Source: Acidimicrobiales bacterium
GTDB taxonomy: Bacteria > Actinomycetota > Acidimicrobiia > Acidimicrobiales > Bog-793
Assembly: GCA_052146895.1 (NCBI GenBank)
Contig: JBKQLZ010000005.1
Span: 6,282 to 70,281 of the forward strand
Reading direction: 5' to 3'
Length of the DNA stretch: 64,000 nt
Each line of letters starts with the position of its first letter. The stretch's first letter is position 1. Made by a program: the position numbers and the translations under genes. Shown here piece by piece: positions 62,552 through 64,000 of this stretch. A model generated the notes under the pieces. That model was given only the letters and a program-made list of their open reading frames with translations. It was not told the origin of the DNA and made no database searches.

Positions 62552-63855
62552 TCAGCCTTCGAGGGCTACGTCGTCGAGCAAGCTGGCGAACTTCGAGATC
62601 GCTGCAGCCCGCCGCGTCGGCACGTGCTCGGTCGGGACGTCGACGCGCTCGTACCCCTTGAGCAGCTGGCGCGCCACCGTCACGCGGTGCACCTCGTCCG
62701 GCCCGTCGTAGATCCGCGCCGCCCTGGCGGCCCGGTACATGTGCTCGAGAGGCATATCCGTCGAGAAACCCAAGCTCCCATGCACCTGAATCGCCCTATC
62801 AACCACGTCGTGCAGCACCTTGGCCCCGTAGAACTTGATCATCGCGATCTCGACGCGGGCGGCTTGAGCGCCTACCTGGTCCATCTTCCATGCGGCGTAC
62901 AGGGTCATCAACCGCGCGGCGGTCATCTCGGCGTAGGAGTCGGCGACCCAATTCTGGACGGTCTGTTTCTCGGCGAGATACGAGCCGTGGGTGTACCTCG
63001 ACACCGAGCGCTCGCACAGCATGTCGAAGGCGCGCTTCGACTGGCCGAGCCAACGCATGCAGTGATGGATCCGGCCGGGGCCGAGACGTTGCTGAGCGAG
63101 GCGGAACCCATCGCCTTCGTTCCCGACAAGGTTCCCGGCCGGGATCCGGACGTCCCGGTAGATGATCTCCGAGTGAGCGCCGAACTTCCCGAAGTGCTCG
63201 ACGGGGTCCTCCATCGTCGCCACGTCCCGCACGATGTCGACTCCCGGCGTGGAGGTCGGCACGAGGAACATCGAAGAGCCCTGGTAGGGATGGACGTCGG
63301 GGTTGGTGACGGCCATCACGACGAGCACGTCGGAGACCGAGCCGTTCGAGGTGAACCACTTGTGCCCGTTGATGACCCACTCGTCGCCGTCGAGGATCGC
63401 CCTTGTCGAGATCAGCGTCGGGTCGGCACCCGCGCCTGGTTCGGTCATCGAGAACGCCGAACGGATCTTGCCCGCGAGGAGCGGTTCGAGCCACTGCTCC
63501 TTTGGTCCTCGCGCCCCGTGGTCTCGATGCCGAGAGCGATCAGCTCGGCGTTGCCCGAGTCGGGCGCGTTGTTGCCGAACACGACAGGCCCGTACGCTGT
63601 CTGGCCGAGGATCTCGTGCATCAGCCCGAGCTTGACCTGACCAAAGCCGCCGCCACCGAGCTCCGGCGGGAGGTGTGATGCCCACAGGCCCTGCTCTCTC
63701 ACTTGGTCCTGTAGAGGCGCGAGGAGTCGAGCGCGCTGCTCGGGCGTCAGTGTCTCGGTGATGCCCTCTAGCGGGATGATCTCGTCTCGGACGAGGGCGC
63801 GCATCCACTCGAGCTTTTCCTCGAACTCGGGCTCGGTCGAGAAGTCCCAGGCCAT
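62552..63855 (-). pseudogene. acyl-CoA dehydrogenase, interrupted by a -1 frameshift
   Basis: N-terminal part (MAWDFSTEPEFEEKLEWM...GNAELIALGIETTG) and C-terminal part (ARGPKEQWLEPLLAGKIRSAFSMTEP... to the end) are in different frames. The junction is at the C4 run 63514-63517, and one extra C restores a single ORF. Confidence 0.8.
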
Positions 63856-64000
63856 CGTTGCTCCTTCGGTCAGCGGCTCGTGCGGAGATCGGGTGGGGGC
63901 GGTTGCCCGGTCCGACCCGGCGCCTCCCCTCACGCTAGTGCCGCGTCAGGCAACGGTTGCCTGGTCTCGAGTGACTGCTACACCCGCTCGTCATGACTCA

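Overview
High-GC, actinobacterial-type chromosomal segment. Supporting markers are mycothiol amidase Mca, Ku/LigD, PspA-HtpX and many ATGA/GTGA-coupled operons. It is densely coded on both strands, with about 65 credible protein genes and one tRNA-Gly(UCC). I saw no rRNA, CRISPR array, prophage or integrase. All calls rest on motif reading of the ORF track and the DNA; no database search was possible.

Content in order:
- A C1/formate module: fchA-fhs, divergent from fdsGBAD.
- A TetR-controlled cupin/SnoaL/aminotransferase operon.
- A tRNA-proximal patch: VapBC, a LuxR-PAS regulator and a degenerate-GGDEF/EAL protein.
- A redox operon: frameshifted peroxiredoxin, DsbA-like protein, DyP peroxidase and a decayed encapsulin.
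- A secreted cluster: cysteine-paired Asp-box beta-propeller repeat proteins, a sedolisin-PKD peptidase and an NHL/SMP30 propeller.
- A translationally coupled PAS-GGDEF-EAL / alpha-oxoamine synthase / MFS unit, followed by a PQQ-like lipoprotein.
- A second VapBC, a 5'-truncated IS1634 transposase remnant, and mscL.
- A BVMO, a PyrE-YbaK fusion, and proS.
- Ku plus a split LigD.
- Housekeeping and membrane genes, purE, and mca.
- A PspA-PspAA-HtpX-PspAB-like envelope-stress operon.
- A frameshifted acyl-CoA dehydrogenase.

Most interesting:
1. The DyP cargo keeps an intact encapsulin-targeting peptide while its coupled shell gene is a roughly 420-nt wreck.
2. An expanded family of beta-propellers has one CxxxxxC cysteine pair per blade (7 and 13 blades), clustered with a secreted sedolisin.
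3. A c-di-GMP enzyme is translationally coupled to a CqsA/Spt/BioF-family enzyme and an exporter.

Two single-base homopolymer frameshifts (peroxiredoxin, ACAD) may be assembly errors rather than biology.
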